DNA from: Mobula hypostoma
Taxonomy: Eukaryota
Direction: 5' to 3'
NCBI RefSeq assembly: GCF_963921235.1
Contig: NC_086097.1
Span: 131,132,001 to 131,196,000, forward strand
DNA: 64,000 nucleotides
Made by a program: the position numbers and the translations under genes. Below the pieces are notes generated by a model. That model was given only the letters and a program-made list of their open reading frames with translations. It was not told the DNA's origin and ran no database searches. Each line of letters opens with the position of its first letter. The first letter of the stretch is position 1. Shown piece by piece: positions 1 to 12,525 of this stretch.

Positions 1-2920
1 GCAACAAAACCATCTATTCCATCAGCTAAATCATCAATACACAGCATTAAAAAAGCAGTCCAAACACCGACCCCTGAGGACCACCACTAGCCACCAGCAG
101 CCAACCAGAAAAGGATCCTTTTATTCCCACTCACTGCCCCTACCAATCAGCCAATGTTCTAATCATGCCAGTAACTTTCCTGTAATACCATGGGTTCTTA
201 ACTTGGTAAGCAGCCTCATGTGTGGCACTTTGTCAAAGGCCTTCTGAAAGTCCATATATACAACATCCACTGTGTCCTCTTTATCTATCCTACTTGTAAT
301 CTCCTCAAAGAATTCCAACAGATTCATCAGGCAAGATTTTCCCTGAAGGAAATCATGTTGACTTTGTACTATCTTGTCCTGTGTCGCCAAGTACCCCACA
401 ACCTCATCCTTAACAACTGACTCCAACAACTTCCCAGCCACTGAGGTCGGGCTAACTGTTCTATAATTTCCTTTCTGCTGCCCTCCTCCTTTCTTAAAGA
501 GTGGAGTGACATTTACAATTTTCCAGTCCTCATGCCAGAGTTCAATGATTTTAGAAAGATCATTACTAATGCCTCCACAATCTCTACGGCTACCTCTTTT
601 AGAACCCCAGGCTGCAGTTTATTTGGTCTGGTTGACCTATGTACCCTTAGGTCCTTCAGCTTTTTGAGCACCTTCTCCCCTGTAATAATCACTGCATTTA
701 CTTCTCTTCCCTCACACCCTTCAACATCTGGCAAATTGCTAATGTCTTCCACAGTGAAGACCTGATGCAAAATACTCACTTAGTTCATCTGCTGTCTCCA
801 TGTCCCCATTATTATTTCTCTGGCTTCATTTTCTAGTGGCCCTATATTCACTCTCATCTCTCTTTTATTTTTTACATACTTGAAAAAGCTTTTACTATCC
901 ACTTTGATATTGTTTGCAAGCTTGCTTTCATTTTTCATCTTTCCCTCTTGATGATTCTTTTAGTTACTTTCTGTAGGGTTTTTAAAGCTTCCCAATCCTC
1001 TGTCTTCCCGCTAATTTTTACATTGTTGTATGCTCTCTTTTTTGCTTTTACATTAGCTTTGACTTCCCTCATCAGCCACAGTTGTACTATTTTGCCATTG
1101 AGTATTTCTTTGTTTTTGGAATACATCTATTCTGCACCTTCCTCATTTTTTCCCAGAAACTCAAGCCATTACTGATCTGCTGTCATCCCTGCATGCATTT
1201 CCTTCTGATTTTCTTTGGCCAACTCCTCTCTTATACCACTGTAATTCCCTTTACTCCACTGAAATACTGCTATGTTAGACCTTACTTTCTCCCTATCAAA
1301 TTTCAAGTTGAATCATATTGTGATCACTTACTCTTAAGGGTTCCTTTACCTTAAGATCCCTAATCACCTCTGGTTCATTACATAACACCCAATCCAATAG
1401 GTTCAATGACAAACTGCTCTAAAAAGCCATCTTGTAGGCATTCAACAAACTCAGTCTCTTGAGATCCATTACCAACCTGATTTTCCAAATCGATCTGCAT
1501 GTTGAAATCTCCTATGACTATTATAAGATTGCCCTTTTGACAAGCCTTTTCTATTTCCCATTTTAATCTGTGGTCCACTTCCCATCTACAGTTGGGAGGC
1601 CTGTATATAACTGCCATCAGGGTTCTTTTACCCTTGCAATTTCTTAACTCAATCCACAAGGAATCAACATCTTCCGATCCTATGTCACATCTTTCTACTG
1701 ATTTGATGCCATTCATTACCAGCTGATCCATTCCTCCCCCTCTGCCTACCTTCCTACCCTTCTGATATAACTTGTAACCTTAGACATTCAGCTCCCAACT
1801 ACAACCATCCTTCAGCCACGATTCAGTGATGGCCGCAACATCATACCTGATAATCTGTAATAGTGCAAGAAAATAATCCACCTTATTTTTTATACTCTGT
1901 GCATTGAGATATAGCAATTTGAGTACTGCATTTGCTACCCTTTTTTGATTCTGCATCCTTAATGTACTGATACTCACCCTGCTGCCTGCCCTTCCTGACA
2001 GTTTGACAGCACGCTATCTTTGCTTTTTTACCATCTGTCTTATCCTGACTCCATTCACTCTGGTTCCCAGCCCCCTGCCAAATTAGTTTAAACCCTCCCC
2101 AACAGCTCTAACAAACCTACCTGCGAGCATATTGGTCCTCCTCGGTTTCAGATGCAATCCATCACTTTTGTTCAGGTCATTCCTCCCCCAGAAGAGGTCC
2201 CAATGATTCAAGAACCTGAAGCCTTGCCCCCTGCACCAGCTTCTCAGCCACACATTAATCTGCCAAATTATCCTGTTTTTACCTTCACTGGCACGTGGCA
2301 CGGGCAGCAGTCCAGAAATTACTACCCTGAAGGTCCTGCTTCTCAGCTGTCTGCCTAGCTCTCAAAATTCTCTTTTCACGACCTCTTTGTTTTTTCTTCC
2401 TAAGTCATTGGCACCAATATGTACCAAGACATTTGCCTGCTCACCCTCCCCCTCCAAGATGCTGTGGATGTGATCCCAGACATCTCTGACCCTGGAACAT
2501 GGGAGGCAAAATACCATTCAGGTGTCCCATTCACGTCCACAGAATCTCATTTGTTCCCCTAACTATTGAGTCCCCTATCACTACATCTCCTCTCTTGTCC
2601 CTCATTCCCTTCTGCACCACAGACCCATACTTAGTGCCAGTAACCTGGTTTGTCATAGAACATAGAACATAGAAATTTACAGCATATTACAGGCCCTTCA
2701 ACCCACAACGTTGTGCCAATCATGTCACATACTCTAGAGACTGCCTAGTATTTCCCTAGTGCATTGCCCTCTATTTTTCTAAGCTCCATGTACCTATCTA
2801 AGAGGCTCATAAAAGACCCTATTGTATCTGAGGGATTCCCCTGGGAGATCTTCCCCCATAACATTATCCAAAATGGTATACTTATTATTGAGGGGAATGC
2901 CCACAAGGGTGCTCTGTGCT
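1..2920 (-). mobile_element. Decayed CR1-clade LINE (ORF1 esterase, APE endonuclease and part of RT), continuing past the window start
   Basis: Minus-strand ORF fragments: 2083-2301 SGNH-like ORF1 (WLRSWCRGQGFRFLNHWDLFW..DGLHL), 1780-1977 APE N-terminus (LLYLNAQSIKNK..AITESWL), 1378-1731 (IYRPP..GDFN), 163-441 RT (QHDFLQGKSCLMNLLEFF..VYMDFQKAFDKVPH). Many stops and frameshifts. Confidence 0.92.
2654..2825 (-). mobile_element. Short 3' end of a second CR1 family nested in ORF1 of the first
   Basis: (CATAGAA)n tail followed by acaggcccttc..cccacaacgttgtgcc, similar to the CR1 3' end at 13487-13640. Confidence 0.7.
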
Positions 2921-3824
2921 AAAAGTTCCTTTAAGTTGATTTGCCTCTCAACCAGTCTGTCACTTGCTTTCTTTATTCATTATGTAATATTTCTATTTCT
3001 CATTATTCTGATTGCTTGCAAACATCAAGAGTTTATGAAGCATAAAATGGTATGGCTTTCTGGAATAAACATAATCCTTTTTAAAATGGCTGTGAGTTTA
3101 TCTTGACGTCATGGTTTGAGTCATTTAAGAATTTTTTTGGATATAAGGGAAGGAATTTTAACCAATTTGCTGAGGGAATGCTAAGTCTAAATCTGCACAA
3201 TGGGATGGATGCAGAGCTTTCACCAATGGCAAATATAGACCTAGTGAAGGAGAAATAGTTTAAACCAAACAATATTAAGTTTCCTGACATTGCCTGATCA
3301 GCATCCTAAAAACAAAATATTTGTGGTCAAAAATCCTTTGTCATCATGCTGAATGATGTATTACTTTCTCGGCTCAATTTCTCTCAACAGCAGGTAAATT
3401 GTACTATGTAATCCACTCAACAAAGGTTTCTCTGGATGGGATGATAGATTAGATGATCAATTACCAGGAGCAGAAGGCATGATTCTCAGATTCATAAACT
3501 GAAATCTGAAAACAGTGCATTTTATGAGTCTAATTTTCCTTCCAACCAAACAAGGTAAGACTTAGATCGCTGAATTGCAACATCTATTGCACACATTCAG
3601 TTTAAGTGCAATAATGAGCAACTTTGGAGAAGAATATAATGTTTAGTTTGAAGAATATAATGTTTAGTTCTGAAGAAGAGCATCGGACAGTTTGATTCTA
3701 GCTATTGAGAATGTTACCAAACATAATTCATTATTTTTGCCAAATTGCATTGAATTTCTCAATTCTTTTTTTATATATCTTATGTGTCTTTCCAATCTGC
3801 TCCTCGTCTTCCGTCACCAGTGAA

Positions 3825-3990
3825 CACTAGGGGCAATTTAGAGTAATCAGTTAACCTACTCGTTCTCTGTATCGAGAATGTTGGAGGAAAACCCAGAGGA
3901 AGCCCATGCAGTCACAGGCAGAGTATGTCAAAGCTCTGCATGGACAGCACCAATGGTCAGGATTACACCTGGGTCTTTACCTGTTGTATT
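3825..3990 (-). mobile_element. Degenerate V-SINE/HE1-like SINE
   Basis: V-domain-like core read in reverse: gaatgttggaggaaaacccagaggaagcccatgcagtcacagg; similar to copies at 6140 and 36790. Confidence 0.6.
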
Positions 3991-5974
3991 TATATGACCC
4001 TTGCGCAAGCAGAATTGGATATGCAATGCTAATAGCACAACTGTTGCTGTTTTTGCCATTGTGTTCATTTGTTCTATCCAGTAATTGCACTGTATGCCAC
4101 TGGATTGTCAAGAATGTATTGCTTCTGTTACATTTTACCACTGTTAGTCATGGGTGTTGGTCGGATGAGCCCTAAATTCTGACCCATCTGTAACTTAAGA
4201 AGAAATTTCAGTTAACGTTGGGTGGAGAATCATATTTTGAGGTAAATCCTTATATTCAGATCCCTGAACTAAGGGTATGTGGGCACGGAGTCCTGGCTTT
4301 CCCTACCCCTTTCTGCCTGTGTTCTTTAAACAAAGTTTGACAGCAAACTGCATAGCATATTGAAGAAAATTATTCACAGAGATATAGACAGCTTTAAGGA
4401 GGAAATTCCAGAGATTGGTACCTTGGCACATCAATGTAAGGTCACCAAAATTGGAGTGATTAAACTGGGGGCCAGAATTGAGAGAGAGCATAGATTAGAG
4501 GTGTGCAGGGCTGCAAGATTTAGGGCAACCAAAACCACAAAATGCTTAAAAACAAGTTGGGAATTTCAAAGACAAATGAAAACCAAAAATGCTAGAAATA
4601 CTCAGCAGATGAGTAGATAGAGAAGCAGTTAAGATCATTGGGACATCGGAGGGAAGATGTGTTTGATTTTGAGAGATGGCTGTTTTCCTGCTTTACTTAA
4701 GAAACAGGAACATGCCAATTAGACCTTGATCTGGCTTTACCATTCAATGAGATCATGACTCATCAAGTCTTCCCCTCAACACAGGTTTCCTGCTATCACC
4801 ATATGTCTTCACTCCTCAAAGTTCCAATATCTGTCCCTTTCCACCTTGAATATATTCAATGGCTTTGCATCAAAAGAATTTCAAACAGTCATGTCTTCTG
4901 TGATTCCAAAGTCCTCTCCATCTCCATGGTAAATGGATGATCTATTGTTCTGACACCATGTCTCCAAATTCCAGATAATCCCACTGGAGAAACATCTTCT
5001 CAGCATCCACAATGCCAATTTGTCAAGCCATTGAGTTCTGCTTGTTTTTAGCTACAGTAGGAGAAGCTACTCTTCTGAGGAGTCTGTGTCCGTATAGATG
5101 TTGCGACAACACGGCAGCACTCTGTCAGTTGTACAATTTTGTGAACCACAGAAATCTCAGGGTAGAATATTGCAGTTATTATATCTATCTAATTAATATC
5201 AAATGGAAAATCATCATTCCTTAGATAGTATTCATATTTTTCCCCATACCATTTAATATTTCATTTTACAATTTCATTTACTGTACTCCCATGACATGCA
5301 ACACCACAAGCTTTTAATTATAGACAATTATATCTTAGGCTGTGGCGAACTCTAATATAAATAGATACTTAATTCATACACACTTAGCTGTCTTAAAAGC
5401 TAGAACACCTGTGCATTAATCACAATGTTCATTACTTCAATACATTTTTTAATATAAAGTTCTCTTTTTTTCCCTTCCAGAGCTTTCATGACATTGAATG
5501 AATCTTGTTCCTATGAAATTGGCAGCTAATGTTTCATATTGCTTGCCCCTGCAGGGACAGCATGACTCATAGACCTAACTTTAAACACACAATTGCAATA
5601 AACTGCTGACATATATACATTGCCTCCCATAGTCTCAATTCACACTGGAATGATGGAAATACAAGTTCAATGTGTCTAAAATAAACTGCAACACTCAGCT
5701 CCACATTTGAAAACAAAGTGAAACAAATTCAGCAGTCAAATAATACTCCATTACCGTGCCAGAACTCAAGAGCAACATGTTTTACTGTTACCGCGGATCT
5801 TAGTTTTGCTGTAATTATTATTTTGTTTCAATGTTTGTGGTCGTTCTTGAAAGAAGACTTCACATCATTTTCAAATTTACCTCCTCATGTTTGGAATGAC
5901 AATTCCATAAGTGGAAATTTAATCCACAGGTGAAATTAAAAGACTCTTCAGCCATATTGGATACAGTGCTTTTA

Positions 5975-6290
5975 AAGATAAAGATTAGCCTTGTCTGTTA
6001 CAAGTACATCGAAATATACAGTGAAATGTGTCATTTTTGTCAAAACAAATCATCGATCGTTGTGAGCAGACTGCAAGTATTATCACACTACCGATGTCAA
6101 CCCAGCACAGTCACAGCTCAGTAATAGTGACCCGTACATCTTTTGGAATGTGGGAGGAAACTGATGCACACAGAGGAAACCCATGTAGTCATGGGGAGAA
6201 CATACAAAATCCTTCGAGGCAACGGCTGGAATTGAAGTCCGATCAGTCATTGATGGTGCTGTAATAGCTCTACACTAACTGCTATGCTAC
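5975..6290 (-). mobile_element. V-SINE/HE1-like SINE with LINE-derived tail
   Basis: Core ttggaatgtgggaggaaactgatgcacacagaggaaacccatgtagtcatggggagaacatacaaa. Confidence 0.7.
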
Positions 6291-6334
6291 CAAGTCACCC
6301 CTATTGCACTTGCTCCCATGTATACTTCCATCTT

Positions 6335-7615
6335 ATAGCACTCTGGGAGGAACTCAGAAGAAAAATAAAAGGGATAACCACATTAATGGGGCTATATTAC
6401 AGACTTCTCAATAGTCAGCGTTATGTAAGGGAGCAAATTTGTAAAGGCTGTTGCAGGAAGTATAAGGTTGTGATAGTAGGTGATTTTAACTTCCTGCATA
6501 TTGAGTGGTACTCCCATACTGTAAAAGGACTGGTTGGGAAGCAAATTTGTTTAAATGTGTTCAGGAAAGTTTCCTGCAGAGGTTCCAAATAGAGAGAGCA
6601 TGATACGAGATCCTGTTAGGGAATGAGACAGGGCAAGTGAAAGACGTGAAGGTAAGAAAACACTTTGCATCTAGTGATGATAATTATATTAGTTTCAATA
6701 TAATTTTAGGGAAGGATAGAACTGGTCCTCAAGTTAAGATTCTAAATTGGAGAAAGGCCAATTCCGACAATATCAAAAGGTACCTGGCAGACGTGGATTG
6801 AAACAGGTTGTTTACAGACAAAGAGATACTTGGTAAGTGGGAGCCTCCTAAAGTGAAATATTGAGAGTACAGAATCAGCCTGTTCCTATTAAAATTAACA
6901 GCAAGGCTAACAGGTTCAAAGAACCTTAGTTATTGAGGTACATCAGGTACTTTTAATGATAAAGAAGGAGGCACAGGCAGGTGTAGGCCTTTAGAATCAA
7001 ATGAGACTCCAGAGGAGAACAAGCATTGAGTACAGGAGTTGGATGTTATGTTGAAGTTGTATAAAACATTGGTGAGGCCAAACTTAGAATATTGTGTGCA
7101 GTTCTGACCACTCACTTGTAGGAAAGATGTCAATAAACTTGAAAATAGTAGAGAGAAAATATACATGGATGTTGCCAGGACTTGAGGACCTGAGGTACCA
7201 GGATAGGTTGAGTACGTTAGGACTTTATTTCCTGGAGCGCAGGAAAATTAGGTGAGGTATGAGGGGTATAGATAGGGTGAATGCATGCAGTCTTTTCCTA
7301 TCAGGTTTGGTGTGACTAGAATTAGAGGTCATTGGTTTAGATTGAAAGGAAAAGTATTTTAGGGGAATCTGAGGGGGAGCTTCTTTACTCAGAGGATGGT
7401 ATAAGCGTGGAATGGGCTGCCAGCAGAAGTAGTAGAGGCGGGTTCAATTGAAACATTTAAGAGAAGCTTGATAGGTATATGGGTGAGAGAGGCATGGAGT
7501 GCTATGATTCAAGTGCAGGTGGAATGCATGGACTAGGCAGAAAACCAGCCCAGCACAGCACGGATGAGCCAAAGGACTGCTTCTAATCTGCAGCACTCTA
7601 TGTCTCTATGGCTCT
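6335..7615 (+). mobile_element. Internally deleted CR1 LINE fragment (APE region joined to 3' end)
   Basis: ORF 6284-6592 contains GLYYR..VIVGDFN; downstream ttggtgaggccaaacttagaatattgtgtgcagttctg (LVRPxLEYCVQF motif) and a tctatg-type tail near 7600. Confidence 0.8.
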
Positions 7616-7906
7616 AAGTCTGGCTGATAAGCATACTAGTCAAACAAGATAAATTTTTAGTCATAGAATTTTACAGCATGAAAAGAAAACAGGAAAATAA
7701 ATAAAGTGCAAGGGCCATGCAATTTATTTGCATAGATGGGGAGTTCAAGAATTAATCTTTTACGACAGGGCTCATAAAGTTCAAGGGCTTGATAACAGCA
7801 GAATAGAAATTTTCATTCAGCGTGGTGATACATGCACTCACATTTTTGTATCTCCTGCCCTAGAGGAGAGAGGAAAATAGAGAGATTGGAAGGTCGTTGA
7901 TTAATA

Positions 7907-8380
7907 GACCATAAGACCATAGGACATAAGAGCAGAATTAGCCTATTCAGCTCAATGAATCTGCTCTGCTATTCCATCAGGGCTAATTTATGATCCATCT
8001 CAACCCCATTCTCTTGCCATCCCCCATAACCTTTGACATTCTTACTAATCAAGAACCTATCAACGTCTGATTTAAATATACCCAAACACTTGACCTCCAC
8101 AGACTTCTGTGGCAATAAATTCCACAGATTTTCTACCCTCTGGCAAAAGGAATTCCTCCCGATCTCTTTTCTAAAGGGTTGTCATTCTATTCCGAGGCTG
8201 TGCCCTCTGATCCTAGACTCTTCCACTATAGGAAACATCCTCTCGTTCTATTCTGAGGCTGTGCCCTCTGATCCTAGACTCTCCCACAATAGGAAACAAA
8301 CTCTCACATCCACTGGATCTAGATCTTACAATACTCAATCGGTTTCAGTGAGATTCTCTTTCATTCTTTTAAATTCCCTA
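7907..8380 (-). mobile_element. CR1 3' fragment with an internal ~61 bp tandem duplication
   Basis: (GACCATAA)n tail at 7907; duplicated unit ttctattcYgaggctgtgccctctgatcctagactc at about 8186 and 8246. Confidence 0.75.
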
Positions 8381-9167
8381 AGATCATAAGACCAAAAGAC
8401 ATAGGAGCAGAATTAGGCCATTCAGCCCATCAAGTCTGCTCCAGCTTTCTATCGTGACTGATTTATTAGCACTCTCAACCCCATTCTCTTGCTTTCTGCC
8501 TGCAACCTTCAAAGTCCTTACTAATCAAGAACATATCAGCCTTTTAAATATACCCAGTGACTTAGCCTCCACAACTGTCTGTCAGAGTTTTATTACCCCC
8601 CAGCTAAAGAAACTCCTCCTCATCTCTGTTGTATAGGGATGCCCTTCTATGCTGAGGCTGTGCCCTCTGGTCCTAGATTTCCCCCTCTATCGGAAACATC
8701 CTCTGCACATCAGCACTATCCAGGCTTTGCATTCCTTCCCACAAACTCAACCTGCAAGGAATCCTGCTCAAGTACTCCCAAGTCCTTTTGCACCTCTGAT
8801 TTCTGAATACTCTCCCCATTAAGAAACTAGTCTACACCTTTATTCTTTCTACATAAGTGTCTGACTATACACTTCACTACATTATATTCATTCTGCCACT
8901 TATTTGCCCATTCTCCTAATATGTCTTTCTGCAGGCTCACTATTTCCTCAACATGATCTGCCCCTCCACCTATCTTTGTATTGTCCACAAACTTGGCCAC
9001 AAAGCCATCAATTCCATCATCCAAATTATTGATATAAAACGTGGAAAGAAGCGGTCCCAACATGAACTCCTGTGGAACACCACTAGTCACTGGCAGCCAA
9101 TCAGAAAAGGCCCTCTTTATTCCCACACTTTGCCTCTTGCCAGATAGCTAATAATCTATCCATGCTA

Positions 9168-9508
9168 ACATGAGGAAATCTGCAGATGCTGGAATTTCAA
9201 GCAACACACATAAAAATTGCTGGTGAACGCAGCAGGCCAGGCAGCATCTATAGGAAGAGGTACAGTCGATGTTTCGGGCCGAGACCCTTCGTCAGGACTA
9301 ACTGAAAGAAGAGATAGTAAGGGATTTGAAAGTGGGAGGGGGAGGGATGGAGCTAAGAGCTGGAAAGTTGATTGGCAAAAGGAATATGAGAGGATCATGG
9401 GACAAGAGGCCTAGGGCGAAAGAAAGTGGGAGGGGGGAAGTCCAGAGGATGGGCAAGGAGTATAGTGAGAGGGACAGAGGGAGAAAAAGGAGACAGAGGA
9501 AAAAACAA
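9168..9508 (-). mobile_element. Penelope-like element 3' end (pLTR only) inserted in CR1
   Basis: Homologous to the PLE arm beginning at 9984; flanked by tatccatgcYa (9157-9167 and 9509-9519); hammerhead motif at 9264-9299. Confidence 0.85.
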
Positions 9509-10080
9509 TATCCATGCCAGTATCTTTCATGTAACACCATGGGCTTTATTTTGTTTAGAGACCTCATGTGCAGTGCTTTGCCAAAGGTCTTCTGAAAATC
9601 TAAGCAAATAATATCCACCGAGTCTCCTTTGTCTATCTGGCCTGTTATTTCCACAAGTAATTCCATTGATTTGTCAGCAAGATCTCTCTTTAAGTAAACC
9701 ATGCTGACTTTGGCCTATTTTACCATGTGCCTCCAAGTACCCCAAAACCTCATCCTTAATAATCAACTCCAACACCTTCCCATCCACTGAGGTTAGACTA
9801 ACTGTCCTATAGTTTCCTTTCTTCTGCCTCTCACCCTTCTTGAAGAGTGAAGTGACATTTACAATTTACCATTATTCTGGAACCATTTCTGAAACCAGTG
9901 ATTCTTGAACGATCATTACTAATGCCTCCACAATCTCTTCAGCTACCTCTTTCAGAATTCTGGGGAGTATACTATCTGGTCCAAACAACAGGAATTCTGC
10001 AGATGCTGGAAATTCAAGCAACATACATCAAAGTTGCTGGTGAACGCAGCAGGCCAAACAGCATCTATAGGAAGAGGTGC

Positions 10081-10116
10081 AGTCGACGTTTCAGGCCGAG
10101 ACCCTTCGTCAGGACT
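10081..10116 (-). ncRNA. Minimal type-I hammerhead ribozyme motif (left arm copy)
   Basis: Exact reverse complement of 11732-11767. Confidence 0.8.
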
Positions 10117-10617
10117 AACTGAAGGAAGAGTGAATAAGGGATTTGAAAATTGGAGGGGGAGGGGGAGATCCAAAATGATAGGAGAAGACAGGAGGGGGAG
10201 GGATAGAGCCGAGAGCTGGACAGGTGATAGGCAAAAGGGGATACGAGAGGATCATGGGACAGGAGGTCCGGGAAGAAAGACAAGCGGGGGGGGGTGACCC
10301 AGAGGATGGGCAAGAGGTATATTCAGAGGGACAGAGGGAGAAAAAGGAGAGTGAGAGAAAGAATGTGTGCATAAAAATGAGTAACAGATGGGGTACGAGG
10401 GGGAGGTGGGGCCTTAGCGGAAGTTAGAGAAGTCGATTTTCATGCCATCAGGTTGGAGGCTACCCAGACGGAATATAAGGTGTTGTTCCTCCAACCTGAG
10501 TGTGGCTTCAACTCCACAGGAGAGGAGGCCGTGGACAGACATGTCAGAATGGGAATGGGATGTGGAATTAAAATGTGTCCACTGGGAGATCCTGCTTTCC
10601 CGATGTGGCCTTTTATA

Positions 10618-11436
10618 ATCCCCTTCTCGCAATTCCTCCGTCTCCGCCGCATCTACTCTCAGGATGAGGCTTTTCATTCTAGGACGAGGGAGATGTCTTC
10701 CTTTTTTAAAGAAAGGGGCTTCCCTTCCTCCACTATCAACTCTGCTCTTAAACGTATCTCCCCCATTTCACGTACATCTGCTCTCACTCCATCCTCCCAC
10801 CACCCCACTAGGAATAGGGTTTCCCTGGTCCTCACCTACCACCCCACCAGCCTCCGGGTCCAACATATTTATTCTCCGTAACTTCCGCCACCTCCAACGG
10901 GATCCCACCACTAAGCACATCTTTCCCTCCCCCCCTCTCTCTGCATTCCGCAGGGATCGCTCCCTACACAACTCCCTTGTCCATTCGTTCCACCCATCCC
11001 TCCCCACTGATCTCCCTCCTGGCACTTATCCGTGTAAGCGGAACAAGTGCTACACATGCCCTTACACTTCCTCCCTTACCACCATTCAGGGCCCCAAACA
11101 GTCCTTCCAGGTGAGGCATCACTTCACCTGTGAGTCGACTGGGGTGATATACTGCGTCCGGTGCTCCCGATGTGGCCTTTTATATATTGGCGAGACCCGA
11201 CGCAACTGGGAGACCGCTTTGCTGAACATCTACGCTCTGTCCGCCAGAGAAAGCAGGATCTCCCAGTGGCCGCACATTTTAATTCCACATCCCATTCCCA
11301 TTCTGACATGTCTGTCCACGGCCTCCTCTACTGTGGAGATGAAGCCACACTCAGGTTGGAGGAACAACACCTTATATTCCGTCTGGGTAGCCTCCAACCT
11401 GATGGCATGAACATCGACTTCTCTAACTTCCGCTAA
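10618..11436 (+). pseudogene. PLE polyprotein C-terminus (RT thumb, Cys-rich linker, GIY-YIG endonuclease), frameshifted
   Basis: IPFSQFLRLRRI (thumb), CKRNKCYTC linker, VIYCVRCSRCGLLYIGETRR (GIY-YIG), RFAEH..PVAAHFN..EQHLIFRLGSLQPDGMN; spread over ORFs 10453-10881, 10664-11410 and 11161-11436. Confidence 0.9.
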
Positions 11437-11731
11437 GGCCCCAACTCCCCCTCGTACCCCATCTGTTACTCATTTTTATGCACACATTCTTTCTCTCACT
11501 CTCCTTTTTCTCCCTCTGTCCCTCTGAATATACCTCTTGCTCATCCTCTGGGTCACCCCCCCCCCCGTCTTTCTTCCTGGACCTCCTGTCCCATGATCCT
11601 CTCGTATCCCCTTTTGCCTATCACCTGTCCAGCTCTCGGCTCTATCCCTCCCCGTCCTGTCTTCTCCTATCACTTTGGATCTCCCCCTCCCCCTCCAACT
11701 TTCAAATCCCTTACTCACTCTTCCTTCAGTT

Positions 11732-11767
11732 AGTCCTGACGAAGGGTCTCGGCCTGAAACGTCGACT
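11732..11767 (+). ncRNA. Minimal type-I hammerhead ribozyme motif in the PLE pLTR
   Basis: agtc-CTGACGA-a-gggt(ctcg)gcct-GAAA-c-GTC-gact: conserved core, stem I agtc/gact, 4 bp stem II, loop-less palindromic stem III (ACGT). Confidence 0.82.
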
Positions 11768-12084
11768 GCACCTCTTCCTATAGATGCTGCTTGGCCTGCT
11801 GCGTTCACCAGCAACTTTGATGTATGTTGCTATCTGGTCCAGGTGACTTAACTATTTTCAGATCTACCTTCAGTTTCCCAAGAACCTTCTCTCTAGTTAC
11901 GGTAATTTCACACACTTCATACCCCCTGATACCTAGAACTTCCATCATATTGCTAGTGTCTTCCACAGTGAAGACTGATGCAAAATACTTATTCAATTCA
12001 TCCACTATTTCCTTTTTCCTCATTTCTACTTCACCAGCATTAGTTGTCAGCGGTCCAATATCCACTCTTGCCTCTATTTTAAAC

Positions 12085-12525
12085 TAAATGATAGCTCTAG
12101 GTCTGTACTCGCTGGAATTTAGCAGGATGAGTGGAGATCTCATTGAGATATTTTGAATGTTGAAATGCATAGACAGAGAAGATGTGGAAAGGATGTTTCC
12201 CATGGTGGGGCAATCTAGGACCAGAGGGCACAGCCTCAGGATAGAGGGGCGTCCATTTAAAACATAAATGTGGAGAAATTTCTATAGACAGAGGGTGGTG
12301 AATTTCTGGAATTTGTTAGCACAGGCAGTTGTAAGAGCCAGGTCATTGGGTGTACTTAAGGCAGAGCTTGATAGGTTCTTGATTGGACACGGCATCAAAG
12401 GTTATGGGGAGAAGGCCAGGGAGTGTGGCTGGGGAGGGGATAAAAGGATCAGCCATGATTGAATGGCAGAGCAGACTTGATGAACCAAATGGCCTAATTG
12501 TGCTTCAATGACTTATGGTCTTATG
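12085..12525 (+). mobile_element. CR1 3' fragment inserted antisense in the host CR1
   Basis: ggtctgtactcgctggaatttagcaggatgag, FYRQRVVNFWN motif, ends in ttatggtcttatg tail. Confidence 0.8.

Larger units (their letters stand above)
9984..11829. mobile_element. Neptune-type Penelope-like element with fold-back (inverted) structure
   Basis: Inverted arms 10018-10599 and 11249-11830; TSD ctatctggtcca at 9972-9983 and 11830-11841; GIY-YIG coding sequence inside. Confidence 0.93.

Noticed and set aside
5460..5560. Plus-strand splice acceptor tttttttcccttccag
   Set aside because: No supportable exon or donor follows.
3629..8400. Short direct repeats as a CRISPR-like array
   Set aside because: Only two-copy duplications and LINE tail microsatellites, with no spacers; the context is eukaryotic.
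9165..11814. Recurrent small ORFs (MLVNAAGQAAS.., ..VSPDEGSRPETST..) as a peptide family
   Set aside because: They are translations of the non-coding PLE pLTR and hammerhead, repeated with the element.
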